DNA of 64,000 nucleotides from Paraspadella gotoi (lineage: Eukaryota > Animalia > Chaetognatha): contig CM119265.1 of NCBI GenBank assembly GCA_051294375.1, forward strand, positions 1,954,267 through 2,018,266, written 5' to 3'. Every line of letters begins with the position of its first letter. Positions within the stretch are counted from its first letter, which is position 1. The translations under genes were made by a program, and so were the position numbers. Below are positions 1 through 13,046 of the stretch, in pieces. The notes beneath the pieces were generated by a model. The model was not told where the DNA came from. It made no database searches and was given only the letters and a program-made list of their open reading frames with translations.

Positions 1-8
1 CGGCGCAG

Positions 9-1746
9 GTGACGGACGATTACGGCGTGCACCTGGCGAGATTCACCTGCGACCCACGAAACGGCGTCGACGTCAGCGTTCGACAGATGTCGTCTGTGCT
101 ACTGAGACAGTTGAGTATATGGTGTCGGATCTCTCTCTCTCTCTCTCTCTCCTTTTTGTCAATACCCTTTCCCCCCCCCCTCACCGCAGATACGTTGAGA
201 GTCATTGGAGCGCTGAGGCGGACAGGTTCCACGCCCCTGAGACGCCCGCTTCCTCGAAGGCCTCGATCCGCGCCCTGCTTCCTGTCGGCCTCAAACAAGA
301 CGCCGCTAAAGTTCGCGGCGCCGTCGCCGCCGCCATCGCCGCCGTCGCTCATTGGGACTTTCCGGAACAGTGGCCGGATCTGTTCAGTCTTTTGATGGAG
401 GTCGGGGGAAAGAGGAGAAAGGAATGAATAAATGAATGAATGAATGAATGAATGAATGAAGGAATTTTAATTTTTAAAGAATAAACCCACGGCCTTCAGG
501 CTCTGACCTCCGGCGACTCTAACGCGGTTCACGGGGCGATGAGAGTTCTCACCGAAGTGTCACGTGATGTCACTGACATGCAGGTTCGTCCTTTCGAGTC
601 TTCCCTACCTTTTATCTTTCGTTTATTTCGTTTCATTTATTGAATTTTTTATGGTCAATGTTTTTTCAGTGTAGGAGATCAACTTTTGACTTTTTCATGT
701 TTCTTCGTTTTAGTAATTTATTGTTGGAGTGGAAATGTTGATTGGATTGCCTAATCACCCTAATGCAAGTTTTTTTTTTATTTATAAACCACTCGCTAAT
801 ATTAGATCGTTTAATTAGCGAGCGGTTTTAGATTATATTAGTTAATGATATTTATTTATTTTCCTTCTTTTTTTTATTCCCCAGGTTCCTCATGTCGCCC
901 CAGTCGTCTTTCCTGAACTCTATCGGTAAATTGACTTGATACCCTTGGCCTTATCTTAATTTATAAAGCAGAGTAACTTGTGGTTCATTTCAGATTTGAT
1001 ATTGTAGTAGTCAAGAGTTGACTATTTTAAGCTCACTTTAACTTTTACTTACTTTTATACTTACTTTCTTCCTCTTGTCTCCCCCCCACACTACGCCCCC
1101 TCTTCTTTCCTCAGAATTTTCTCGCAACCTTCCAACTTCTCGGTTCGGACTCGAACCCGGGCCGTCGAGATCTTCTCCACCCTCGCATCCCTCATAGTCA
1201 ACATCAATCAGCTGCACAAAGGTTAGTCCTTAACGATTCTTCGTCCTCATCGTTTCTCAAATAATCTTTTTGTTTAATAATTTATTTAGTCGTTTTATTT
1301 ATTTGTTTGTTTGTTTAGGCATCGCTAAGCAACTTCTCTACCCTTACGCCTTCCCCCAGTTCATCGAGGCTTTCATCGAGGTGAGTGACATGGAAAGAAT
1401 CTTAACTGTTAGACCTGACATCGACATCGACATCCACCACCTCTCAGGAACTCTCCTCTCCCGGCAACGGCCACCGATCCGATTCTGGGGTCAAGATGGA
1501 AGTCCTCAAATGTCTCTCCTCCTTGACGAGGAATTGCGGGTCTCGAATGGCGCCCTTCATGCCACGCCTCCTCCCCGTCGTCTGGAATCTTTTGACGGCG
1601 TCGGCGCGCCGGTACGTGGATAGCGTGGTCAACGGCGACGCCGGGGGATTCGCCGACGATCCGACCGACTCGGATTCCGGCGAAGTCTTCAGCTTCGAGA
1701 ATCTCGTCTTCAATCTCTTCGATTTTCTCTCCAGGTTCGATTGGAT

Positions 1747-1779
<33 letters not shown>

Positions 1780-2401
1780 AGAGATGTCGGAGACAATATT
1801 CAGTACTTCACCCTCTAACAGATGAGCGATTAGAAGCTGTGTAGCGGGCATTACTCGGGTTCACCTCCTCCCTAACATAGGGGCTCATTGAGTAAAGCCT
1901 TCTGATTATGGCTCATTAGGTACCAGGCTTAATCCAATCCCCGGGCGTGGACAACCCCCAAGCCTGGTTTCAATCTCAGGAATCGTTTCATTGCTGTCGA
2001 GGCGGATGAAAAAAGTTAATTGTTAAATATTATTTATACTAGTATTACTTGTGATTGCTGCTATTTGCTGTGCTTTCCACTCAAATCTTCCTCAACCCCT
2101 TTCCCTTAACTCCAGCATGATCGACTCGACCAAATTCAAGTCGGCCGTCAAGTCCGCCCTCACCGATCTCATCTACTACATCATAATCTACATGCAGGTG
2201 ATGAAGTCACTCTTGATCCCTTTCGATGCAGTCTCACATAATTTTCCATGCAGTCTCGCATGATTCTCGATGCAGTCTCACATCATTCATGCAGTCCACA
2301 TCCTCGATTTCAGATAACCGAAGAGCAAATCGAAAAGTGGGACGAGGATCCTGACAAATTCGTCGAGGACGAGGACGAAGAAACCTTTTCATACTCCATC
2401 A

Positions 2402-2436
<35 letters not shown>

Positions 2437-5400
2437 TCAAGAGTCAAGCGTTTCATCTCCTCTTCAGGATTGAGAGATCGAGACAGACAGAGAAAAAGAG
2501 AGAGAGAAAGAGAGAGAGTCGTCAAGAGTCAATGTTGGACTCAAACATTTGCGAAATGTCGGATTTGAAGTAGCTCATCATCAAGTGTTTCATCTCCTCT
2601 TCAGGATCTCGGGTCTCGATCTTCTTCTCAGCCTCGGATCGGAATTCGAGGATGAAGGACTCGCCGAGTCGCTCGTCGCCGCCGTCGACCGACACCTCCA
2701 GGTCCTTGTTTTGTTGTTGTTGTTGTCGTCGGGGAGGAGGAAAAAATGCTAGATTTGTCCTTCATCTTTTCAGGAATCGGAGGCTATGCGTCTCTCGGCG
2801 ACGACTTCCGGCGCCAATTCGTTTTGGTGGAAAATTCGAGAGTCAGTCTTTTTGGCTGTGGGGTCGCTCAAGGTTTGGATGGTGAGGGTTTGGGAGTGGA
2901 AGGTGGGGGCGTAGAACTGAGGGGTTGAAATTAGTGGGGGTATGGTAACAGTCGGGTTGCCTGTGATGCCCATTGGATGGAGGATCTCACTGTTGGCTTT
3001 GGGGGCTTCCGACCCTCAGTCTGGGATGGTGTGTTCCCCCTCTGAGCCAATGGGATTGGCTGAACGATGATGGACGTGACGCGGTGTGAATATACCGCCA
3101 CAGGGGACTAAAATTCAGTCTTGTCTTTTCTTCCTTCATTCTTTTCTTCTTTTCTTCCTTCATTCTTTTCTTCTTTTCTTCCTTCATTCTTTTCTTCTTT
3201 TCTTCCTTCATTTTTTTCTTCTTGTCTTCCTTCATTCTTTTCTTCTTTTCTTCACTCTTTCCTTCCTTCCGTCAATTTATTCTTCAGTCCTTCTTTCCTT
3301 TTCTCCTCTTATAATCACCTCCCCAAACTAACCAACTTCCACTTCCCCCCCCTTCAGTCAGCCTTGGAAGAAAATCGAAGTTTCGACGTCGGAGATTTCG
3401 GCAGTCGCGTCTTAATGAGCGACGCTTCATCCTCCGCTTCGCCTTATTTATTGGGTAAGGGACTGGTGAAGCGGAATGCCATGCCATGCTATTTCACTTA
3501 CTCCTTCCCCCTCCCAAGGCCGGTGCCTTTGGACGGCGTCTCGCTTCTGCTCCTCCCTCGACGACTCTTCCAACAACAAGCTGCTCTCCGCGACGGCTAC
3601 GGCGCTGCAGCCTCCGCTCGATCCGCAGCAGCAGCAGCAGCCGGCCTGCGTCCGCCTCTCCGCCGTCCGCGCCCTCTACAGCTTCTGCGAACACTACAAG
3701 CTGGTCGAATCGACGGCGAAATTGAAGCCGTTCGCCGCGCCGTTTCTGGATGGTCTCGTTGCCTTGGCGATGCAGGTGGTGTTGCCTTCAGAGGCTCGGA
3801 GGCGTTAATGATAATATTTTATCATTTATTATATTCTAATCCTTTCTTTTGACCTCCAGTATTCGACGGACGTGTTGTGCCTTTGTCTCGAGACTCTGGT
3901 CATATTTGTCCCCGTCGATCGAGACTTTGTCGCCTCAAGAGAATCCGTCGTCTCGCCCTTCGCCATCGCCGTCTTCCTGCGGCACAGGTCAGTGGAGACA
4001 AATGATCTCGAGTGGGTCTCCATCTCTTGAGAGTTTTAATTTGAAGACTTTGTCTAAATTTTCCCATTTTGCAGTTCTGATCCCCTCATCTCTTCCCTCT
4101 GTCAAGACCTCTTCCGCGAGCTTTGTCTCTGTCCGCCTTCTTGTCGTCTCTCCCTCCAACAGCGCCTCATTCCCACTCTCGTCTCCATCCTTTCCTCCTC
4201 TTCCTCCTCTCTGGACACCGACCTTCCTTCCCTCGCCCTCGACCTCCTCACCACTCTCGTCCGCAACACTCCGCCTCCTCTCTCCGACACTCTCATCACG
4301 CAGGCTTTTCCCGCGGCGGCGACGGCGACGCTCCGTTCCGACGACACCGGAATCCTCCAAAGCGGCGGCGAGTGCCTTCGCGCCTTCCTCTCCGTCGGGG
4401 GACGTCAACAACTCGAGTCTTGGCACGACGAGAGCGGGAACAACGGTCTCTCCTACGTCTTTCAGGTTGGTGACTTTTAATCTCATTTGCATATTGCAGC
4501 GAGCGAAGTTTCGTTTTCTATTTCTGTCATAAGATTTAGTTGTGAAGTTTGGTTTTGTAGAGCTCTTTGTTTTTTCGTGGCTTCCTGGCTTCACCTTATT
4601 ATTCCTTTTATTGGGTGGGGGGAAAGGTCGGCAAGGGGGGCATTCGTCTGTTAAAGATATCAATGAAGGCAAACAAAATGGCGATATTTATCCTTCCCGT
4701 TTTCTCCTCCAACCAAGGTGGCCAACAAAGTCCTGGACCCCAAAAGCCCCGAGTTCTCCTCGTCTCAAATCGGCAAGCTCATCTCTACTCTCTTCCAAAA
4801 GACGGGCGACGCGGGAGACCTCGGCGAACACCTCGAACTCGTCCTCAGAGCAGTCCTCTCTAAGATGCAGCAGGCGCAGACCCTCAGCGTCGTGCAGAGC
4901 CTCTGCATGGTCTTCGCCCATCTCTTCAACACCAGGCTGGGTTGGTAGAGAGAGAGAGTGAAATAGAGAGATATATATAAATTTTATTTTTCTCCTTCCT
5001 CCAGAGGCGGCTTTAGAGTTTCTCTCTGCACTTCCTGATCCTTCGGGAAAACCAGCCCTCGATTTCGTGCTCAACGTTTGGCTTTCGCGTCAGCATCTTT
5101 TCTTTGGGCGGTGAGTGTCTGAGTAATTGTCTCTGGAATGCCATTGTCTCTGGAATGGCATTGTCTCTGGAATGGCATTGTCTCTGGAATGGCGTTGTCT
5201 CTGGAATGGCGTTGTCTCTGGAATGGCGTTTTCTTGGGGTGGGGTTGTCTTTGCTTTGGTGTGGTATTGTCTTTGAAGTGGCTTTGTCTTTAGAGTTTGG
5301 TCAATGTGATCACTCCCTCTCTCTCCCTCTCCCTCCAGATACGAGACGAAAGTGTCGATCCTCGCTTTGGCCAAACTCTTCCTTCACACAATCGAGACTA

Positions 5401-6196
5401 ACGACTCCAGGATTCACGCCATTCAAGTGAGATTAACAACAACAACAGTAAAATACAATTTTGAGGCATTGAGATTGGCATCTAGATTCAGATACTCAAA
5501 AAGATGTCCTCAGCAAATTCGTTGTTTCGGTCGACCACGTCAATCAATCTCTCGATCTGTCCGTGTGATCAACCTTTCCATCACGTGCGACCACTATGTC
5601 CCCTCCCCCTCCCGAAACAGGTCCAAGGCGACCAGATCCTCCCCGACGTCGACGCCGCCATCCAAACTCGTTCCAAGTCCCGCGCGGCGCCTCCTCCTCG
5701 CTTCGCCTCCATCCCCGCCGCCGTCAAGATCTACAAACTCCTCGTGGGCGAGATCGGCCACGCCCTCGAAGACCGGGAGGTGGCGGGCGGGGAGGAAGGG
5801 GAGGACGAGTGGGAGGACGAGGACGAAGAGGAGGAAGGCGGAGGAACGGCCATTTCCGATCTTCTGGCCAGCGGAGATTCGGGTGAGTTCAGCGGGGGGG
5901 GGATGAGTGAGGTAAGGATCTTCATCTTTTTCAACCCCCCTTTTCCCCCCTCGGCCTTTTAAGGCATCAACGATCGCTTGGCCTCGGACTTTCGCGACTT
6001 TTGCGACGAAGCCGACGACGATGAAGAGGAAGACGACCCCGACGTCCGCGCGGACCCCGTCCATTCGATGGACGTGACGCGTCACTTGTCAGACCTCTGC
6101 CGTCAACTCGCCGCCCACTCGTTCCACGCCGAGCTGACGAGCCACTTGACGCCGGCCGAGCTCAAGACTCTCGAGAAGCTGGGCATTCCGGCGTGA
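9..6196 (+). CDS. IPO9: Importin-9 (multi-exon, 5' end outside window)
   Basis: Spliced exons give [10 protein letters not shown]|[66 protein letters not shown] and an acidic C-terminal region; stop at 6196. Confidence 0.93.
2926..3068 (-). repeat. Intronic interspersed repeat (SINE-like), internally deleted copy
   Basis: Reverse complement of 7517-7745, lacking ~7564-7649. Confidence 0.75.
3125..3255. repeat. ~24-bp pyrimidine minisatellite in IPO9 intron
   Basis: About 5 copies of TTTTCTTCCTTCATTCTTTTCTTC. Confidence 0.85.
5128..5230. repeat. 17-bp minisatellite in IPO9 intron
   Basis: About 6 copies of TGTCTCTGGAATGGC(A/G)T. Confidence 0.9.
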
Positions 6197-6929
6197 TGCT
6201 TCCCACTTTTTTGTTTGTTTATTTTAGCTGTAGAGAGTCTACGGCACGATGGAGCCTTTCTTCGTCGTAGTTGTTACTTCTTTCCAAAGTTGGAATCTGA
6301 TGGGAATTAAAAATACACTGTGCTGTATTGAAGGGAAGCATCCTGTCTCTTCTTTTCGTTCGTTTTTTCTTGAAGGACTGAAGAAGGAATTCGTTGTGTT
6401 TACAACGAAGAGATGATTATTAGATTTGACAATTTCTCGTGAATAATTTTCAAGCGAACAACGAGTTATAGAAAAATATTATATTTAACTGACGTTTACA
6501 TAGTAGTTCAAAGTGAAACCGAGAAAAGCGGAAATGAAAAAAGCGTCGGTTTACTGCTTGTTATGATTAATATTGTTATCATGACTCAAAATAGGAATTG
6601 ATGCCCATTCGATTAAGTATTTCTCAATCTATTAATTTGGATTTTTTAAAAGAAAAAACAAAAGATTCACAAACTGACGTGCAAATTTAATCGGATGGCA
6701 AATTAGTTTTTCTCTTTGGGCCGAGAGGGGAAAGTCATTTGCTTACTTTGAGGCTTCATATTATTGAGGATTAGATTTTTTTCAAATACGAACTTTTTGA
6801 TCTTATTGGTAATTGATTTTTCTGTTGACTTTCCCGCAATTTCCAGAATGATCGCCTAAATCTGAACAGCGCGGACTGTTTTTTAACTTCGTTTTTCGGT
6901 CCGCTCTTCCTCCTCCTCCTTTCGTCGGA

Positions 6930-9900
6930 ATGTCCTCCATGATTTCGGCGGGATGGAGCGGCCTTGGCGAGACCTTCTACCGCAATTTCGAACTCTACTC
7001 GATGGAATGGGATCCCAACTTCGTGGACTTGTCCCGATGCCAAGTCGCCGCGGCGCCTTACGGCGGCCCGATCGCCCTGGTCTCGCGCCCGGTGGCGCCG
7101 GCTAAGCCCATCATCGACGTCTACAACTGTTCTGGTCGACCGCTGAGTTCCATCAAGTGGAATAGCGGGAAGTTGGTCGGAGTCGCTTGGTCGGCGTCCG
7201 AGGATCTCGTCTGCGTACAGGAGGACGGAACCGTCCTCATCTACGACATCTTCGGAGACTTCAAACGGACCGTCAGCATGGGACACGAGGCCAAGGAGAT
7301 GAGGGTTATTGATTGCAAAACCTTCGTCACCGAGCAGGTAAAGACTGATGAGTGAACTGGCTAAAGGGCGCCCGTCTACGAAATCCGCTATATACACTTT
7401 TAAAATGTTATACAACAAGCCGGGTGAATAAACGAGAGTGAGAGTCTTGATTGAAAACTTGCAGGTTCCTGCTATGTTATTATCTTGTGAGTGTGAGGCC
7501 TTAACACACCGCCTCCATCGTTAAGCCAACCCCATTGGCTCAGAGGGGGAACACACCATCCCAAGCGTTGCGTTCCATCCTAACGACTTCCCTCTGCGTT
7601 GGCAAAGCGAGACCGTCCTCGGGTAACCGCGCCAGTGACAGGAGGCGTCACTGAGGGTCGGAAGCCCCCAAAGCCAACAGTGAGATGCCCCATCCCAATG
7701 GGCATCACAGGCAACCCGGCTGTTGCCATAACACCTCATTTAATAAATGAATGGATAATTCTTATATTGGGTCTAACATTTTTCTGTATAACTAATTCGG
7801 TTATTTCATTGTTTCTTTATTAATCCGACTTTCGATGACCGGATTATATAAAGCATTGAAGAGACAGAAATAGCGGTTATGAGTTAGTGACAACAGAACC
7901 ATTAGCCACCTTTATCCTGATAAAGTTCCATCCTTCGAAAAGATCCGGAATAAAACTATCTTCCTCCTCCTCCTCCCTCAGGGTACCGGCGTGGCGGTCA
8001 TGACGACCGCCTTCCGCATCTTCGTCGTCAACCACATCGAGAGCAGCGACCCGCGCATCCGTCGCCTGGCGGAAATCCCCGGCCTCGCGTCGCCGCCAAA
8101 CGCCTGGACGGTCTTCTACTCTGACCGTCAAACCAAAGCCCTGGTTGCCCACGATAAAGGCCTCTTCCAGGCGGACGCTTCCGGCCAACATCGACGCCTG
8201 ACGCCGCCCGTCGGCGACCGCTACGACGCCGCCTCGTGGCGCGTTCGGTTCATCGCCGTCAGCTTCAACCAAAAATATCTGGCGCTTCTCTCGGATTCCG
8301 GCGTCGTTTGGGTCGGCGAACTCGATCTCGCCAAGACTCACGCCGTTCAAACGCTCAGCGGCGTTGCCGGCGCTACGAGGATGGAATTTTGCGGGGCGGG
8401 CGCCGTGGTCGTCGCTACTGAAGAGTCGCTTCGCGTCGTCGGCAAAGCGGACGAGTTTCGCATCTTTTGCGACGAAGGACCCGTCGCTCTCGTCCCGGAA
8501 TTAGACGGACTTCGACTCATCTCCGTCGCGCGCCACGAGCTGTTGCAACGCGTGCCCCGACCCGTCGAGGACGTCTTCATGATCGGCTCCATGCGCGCGG
8601 GCAGCATGCTTTACGAAGCCTACAAGGAATACGAGAAGAAGAGCAAGCGGGCGGACGAGTACATTCGGGTGATCCTAGAGCAAGGCTCCATGCCTGACGC
8701 CGTCGATCAATGCGTCATGGCCGCCGCGGAAGAGTTCGAGTCCAAACTGCAGAAGGAGCTGCTAAGGGCGGCCTCCTTTGGGAAGTGCTTCGAGACCGCC
8801 GTCGATTCCAACAAGTTCGTCGACGTCTGCCGCAGCTCGCGCATCCTCCACAACGTCCGCCACGACAATCACGTCGCCATCCCGCTCACCTTCTCTCAGC
8901 TCAAACAGCTGACCGTGCCCGTTCTGGTGGACAGGCTGGTCCTCCGCCGCCAGTACGGCCTCGCCCTCAAAATTTGTCAATACCTCAAGATGTCCGAGGC
9001 GGAGGGAGCCGCGCGCATCCTCGCCCACTGGGCTCGATTCAAAGTGCTGCAGCAGCATCTTCCCGACGATCGCATCGCCCGCGCCATCGTCGACAAGGTC
9101 AAGGATACGGCGGGCATCTCCTACGCGGATATCGCCGAAGAAGCCTACGAACGAGGCCGACCCGAGCTGGCCATAGCCCTGCTGGATCACGAGCCAAAGG
9201 CCAGCAGGCAGGGACGCCTGTTGCTCAAGATGAAGGAAGAGAAATTGGCGCTGAAGAAGGCGATCGAATCGGGCGACACGGATTTCATCTACTTGGTTCT
9301 CCTCCACATGAGGTCCTCGCCCGATTCATCCCCTGGACAGTTCTTCATGATTCTTCAGAACAAAGAATTCGAGCCCGCCCTCCATCTCTTCGTACAGTAC
9401 TGCAAGGAGAGGCCGGAACGGGCGCAGGATCTCCAGTATCTCTACGAGCAAGAGTTGAATCCCAACGCGATGGCCGAGTGGCATCTGGAGGAAGCCCTTA
9501 AGTCGGGAGATCTCAACGCGAGGCTTTCCCAGTTGAGGGCCGCTTCGGAGAAGTTCAAGCTGCAGAACGAACAACATTCCAGGTGGGTTGACCAGGAAAA
9601 AAAAAGGATATTAAAGAAAGAGAATATGGGAAAAAGATCATGAAAAATGGATGAAAAATTCGGTCTTCTAGGAAGAAAAGGTGTAAGAGAAAAGGTCTAA
9701 GAGAAGAGGTCCGGAAAAAAACCCCAAATTTCTTAATTAAAAAAATTAATTTGTGTTGTATATTTTTCCTTTTTCCTTTTTCACTCCAGATTCACCGACG
9801 ATCAAATCAAACTGTTGCGATTCCAAAAGAAACTTGAAGACGAGTTGGAGAAACCTTTCCTCGATCTCAGTCTCCAGGAGACGATGTTCTCTCTCACATC

Positions 9901-10312
9901 CATCGGCCAACACAAACACGTGGAGCAGTTGAGGAAAGACTTCAAGGTGGGCGACCGTCGATTATGCTGGATGAAGGTCACCGCCCTCTCCGAAGCGGGC
10001 GACTGGACAGAACTCGAGCGATTCTCCAATTCCAAACTCGCCTCCAAATTTGGCGGAGAGCACTTTGTCGACGTCTGCCTCCAGCACGACAATAAGTTCG
10101 AGGCCAAGAAATACTTGCAAAAAGTCAGCAAGCCCAATAAGGTCAAATACTGCCTCAAGGCCGGCCAACTGGAGATGGCCGCCGACTTTGCGGCCGCCGC
10201 CAAGAGCCCCGACGATCTCTTGTCGGTCTTGCAGCGCTGCGGACCCATGGACTCTGTGCTGGCCGACAAAATTCGTCTCTTGCGTGGGCAGTTGTTGGAG
10301 AGAAGCAAATGA
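6930..10312 (+). CDS. VPS16: Vacuolar protein sorting 16 (HOPS/CORVET); exons 6930-7337, 7982-9582, 9790-10312
   Basis: FYRNFELYSMEW, VAAAPYGGPIAL, ELLRAASFGK, ALKKAIESGDTD, DWTELERFS; GT-AG junctions keep the frame. Confidence 0.95.
7517..7745 (+). repeat. Intronic interspersed repeat (SINE-like), longer copy
   Basis: Shares CCCATTGGCTCAGAGGGGGAACACACCATCCCA and CTGAGGGTCGGAAGCCCCCAAAGCCAACAGTGAGAT with 2926-3068 in inverted orientation. Confidence 0.75.
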
Positions 10313-10640
10313 GAATTTCTTTTTATTTCTAGTCAAGAGTTTCGCGTTATGGTTTCTTTACCTTGTTGTTTTCATGTCCCGCAGCGCCCGGAATTTCCCT
10401 AAATGGGTCAGAATATCGTATGAATTTTGTTATTAGTTTGCATATTTTACTGTAGCTCACGAAAAAATTCTTTTTCAGCCAAAAAAAGTTATAAAACACG
10501 ATGCCTTAAAATCGCACCGACTGCAATATTTTTTTAATTCTTTGGTTTTGAGCCAAAATGTAAAAAGACGACCCTCGACGCTTTTTCTCAATATTTTTCC
10601 CCTGAAAGAGAAAGAGAAAGAGAGAGAGAGAGAGAAAAAA

Positions 10641-13007
10641 ATGGCAGCGATTAATTTCGAATTTTTGCGAGACGACGACGACGATAAAAAGGACGACGAC
10701 ATAGACAAAAACCAAGGTGAGTCACTAATATAACAAAAGAGTTGTCTTTATTTATTTATTATTATTATATTAACTTTATTTCTACCCCCCCCCCCTCCGA
10801 ATTCAGTCGACGCGGACACGGAGAGTTCCGAATGCGGAGAACCGGAAATTGACGTCGCCGACGAGACCCTCCTGACGCCGATGCAGCGGCTGGAGAGGTT
10901 AGCCCGCTGCTTCTGCTTCCGCTGCTGCTGCTTCTGCTGCTATTTTGGTTTACCTTAAACATTAAGCAACTCCTCCACCTCCCCCCCTCCCCCCTCCAGA
11001 TACCTGAACAGCGAGAACGCTTTCGAACGCCAGATGGTCGCACGGACTCTCTTGGACGGACTGAGGGAGAGTCTCCACGATCCGGATCAAACGGCGGGAA
11101 TGCTCGATCACATGAGCAAACTCTCCCACGATTCCGAGCCCATGGTGCGGGCGGAACTCATGGAGCAGATCCCTCACATCGCGATGCTTTGTCACGTCAA
11201 CGCTCCCGCCGTTCCAAGGTCAATGGAGAGAGAGAGAGACAGACAGACAGACACGAGTCTCTTCTGTCCCTTAAATTAGACGAGAATCTCGCTTAAAAAA
11301 AAATTCAAAACATTTTTCTAATAGAGAATTCCGTTCAAATCTGACTACCCAAATTGCAAACGCGTTTGCCAGAAATTCGGTTAAAAAACACTTGTAAAAA
11401 CGCTCGATTCCGAGAGCGTTGCATCTGAAGAGCTTGTCCTATTCGTTTTATGTGCATTTGATAAAGGATTTAATATCAAACAAGCCAGGGGAAATGCACT
11501 ACTCATCTCCGGAGAATTTTCAAACCTCATTTTTACTATAGAAATGAAAGGGAAAGTTTACAAACTTAAAATATGCAAACGGGATTGGCTATATGTTCCT
11601 GTTACATGAGCGACTTCGAATTTTCGCGATTCTGATAGCTTTGTGTCTGAAGAGCTTGTCCTATTTTTCTTTTTCATTTTATAATGATTTTGACATAAAA
11701 TGATCAGGTTTAAATGAAATAGTCCGCGTTTGAATCGCAAAATTTTATTTAAAAAGAAATTAAAAGGAAAGGTTGAGAAAAAAACTGATTTTCTTTAATA
11801 TCTTTTGAAGGAATAAAGATAAAGGGATGGTAATAGTACCAAATGGAAGCCATTAATCATAGGCACATACAAGATACAATTTTAGAATTACTTATGCTGA
11901 AACCTCCTTTACAGGTGAGTGTCAAACTAAGTCAAAATTATAATGAATTTTAAAAACTATGACACCCCATAAGAATAAATGAAGATTTAATTCTTTTTAA
12001 TGATTCTTAAAGAAAAAGGCTAAATTGTACTCTAGTAAAACTTTAAAGTTTTTTGGATAAAGAAAATGTGAATTTTTTGTCACTTAAATATTTGCTTGTC
12101 TGATTTTACAAGCATGCTTACAAAATTCTACAAAATATTATTCACCCCATCACGGCCTAAGTATTTATCTTTCTTTTCCACAGCAAAAAGTAAACATTAT
12201 TTTCTGAGAACAGGATGTTACTGAAATGAGCCGGAAGACATTCAACTCTTCACTTTACTGTCATTTTTCAATAATAAAATAGGCGAATTTTTTAATTATT
12301 TAACTCTCACAGGCTTCAAAAGACATTATACGTTCATAATATCCCAATGTTAATGTAATTTATTATATTTTTTACCCTTCGCTCGTTTAAGAAAAAAAAA
12401 TTAACTAGCGGAATTATAAGTTTGTAAGAGGAAGTCAGAATCGGCGAAAATCTTAAAAGGGGAGAATGTTGAAAAAAAGGGTTGGAATTTTGATTGGTTT
12501 CCTAAGATTTCTCCACAATGTGAGGTCCGATTAAAGCGAAACTTGAGATTTACAATATTCCCGTCATTCCACATCTATCGATATAAAAATATAAGAAAAA
12601 AGTCACTGGCTTCTTTTTCTATAACGGCTTCCTACTTAAATCTTAAGCGAATCCAATTCCTCTTTCTCCGCTCAACCCAGGGTCATGCCCGAGCGCATTC
12701 TCCCCATTTTGGTTCATTATCTTCGCGACAACAACAACCAAGTGAGGAAAACTAGTCAAGCGGCTCTGCTCGTCCTTTTGGAGCAAGGTAAGTCTTTCCG
12801 TCTCTCTCTCTCTCTCACTCCCTTATTAGATTCTTTTATAATGCCAGGCCTGCTGGACTCGGCGGACGTGAACCGCCAAGTGTGCCCCGTTCTGGAGGAG
12901 TTGACGGCCTTCGAGTCTGTCGACGATTTTCGGACGGAGGCCGTCGCTTTGATGACGAGGTGAAGAAATGAATGAAGGAGGAATAAAAGAAATGATTAAA
13001 AGGATCT

Positions 13008-13046
<39 letters not shown>

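Noticed and set aside
1820-1990. Intronic snoRNA
   Set aside because: No convincing C/D or H/ACA box arrangement.
7600-7690. HDV-like ribozyme around ACC-GTCCTCG-GGT
   Set aside because: I could not build P1, P1.1 and P2 consistently.
11280-12650. AT-rich intronic insertion as a DNA transposon
   Set aside because: Only an 8-bp inverted match (TCGCTTAA) and one internal repeat; no ORF or TSD to support a call.
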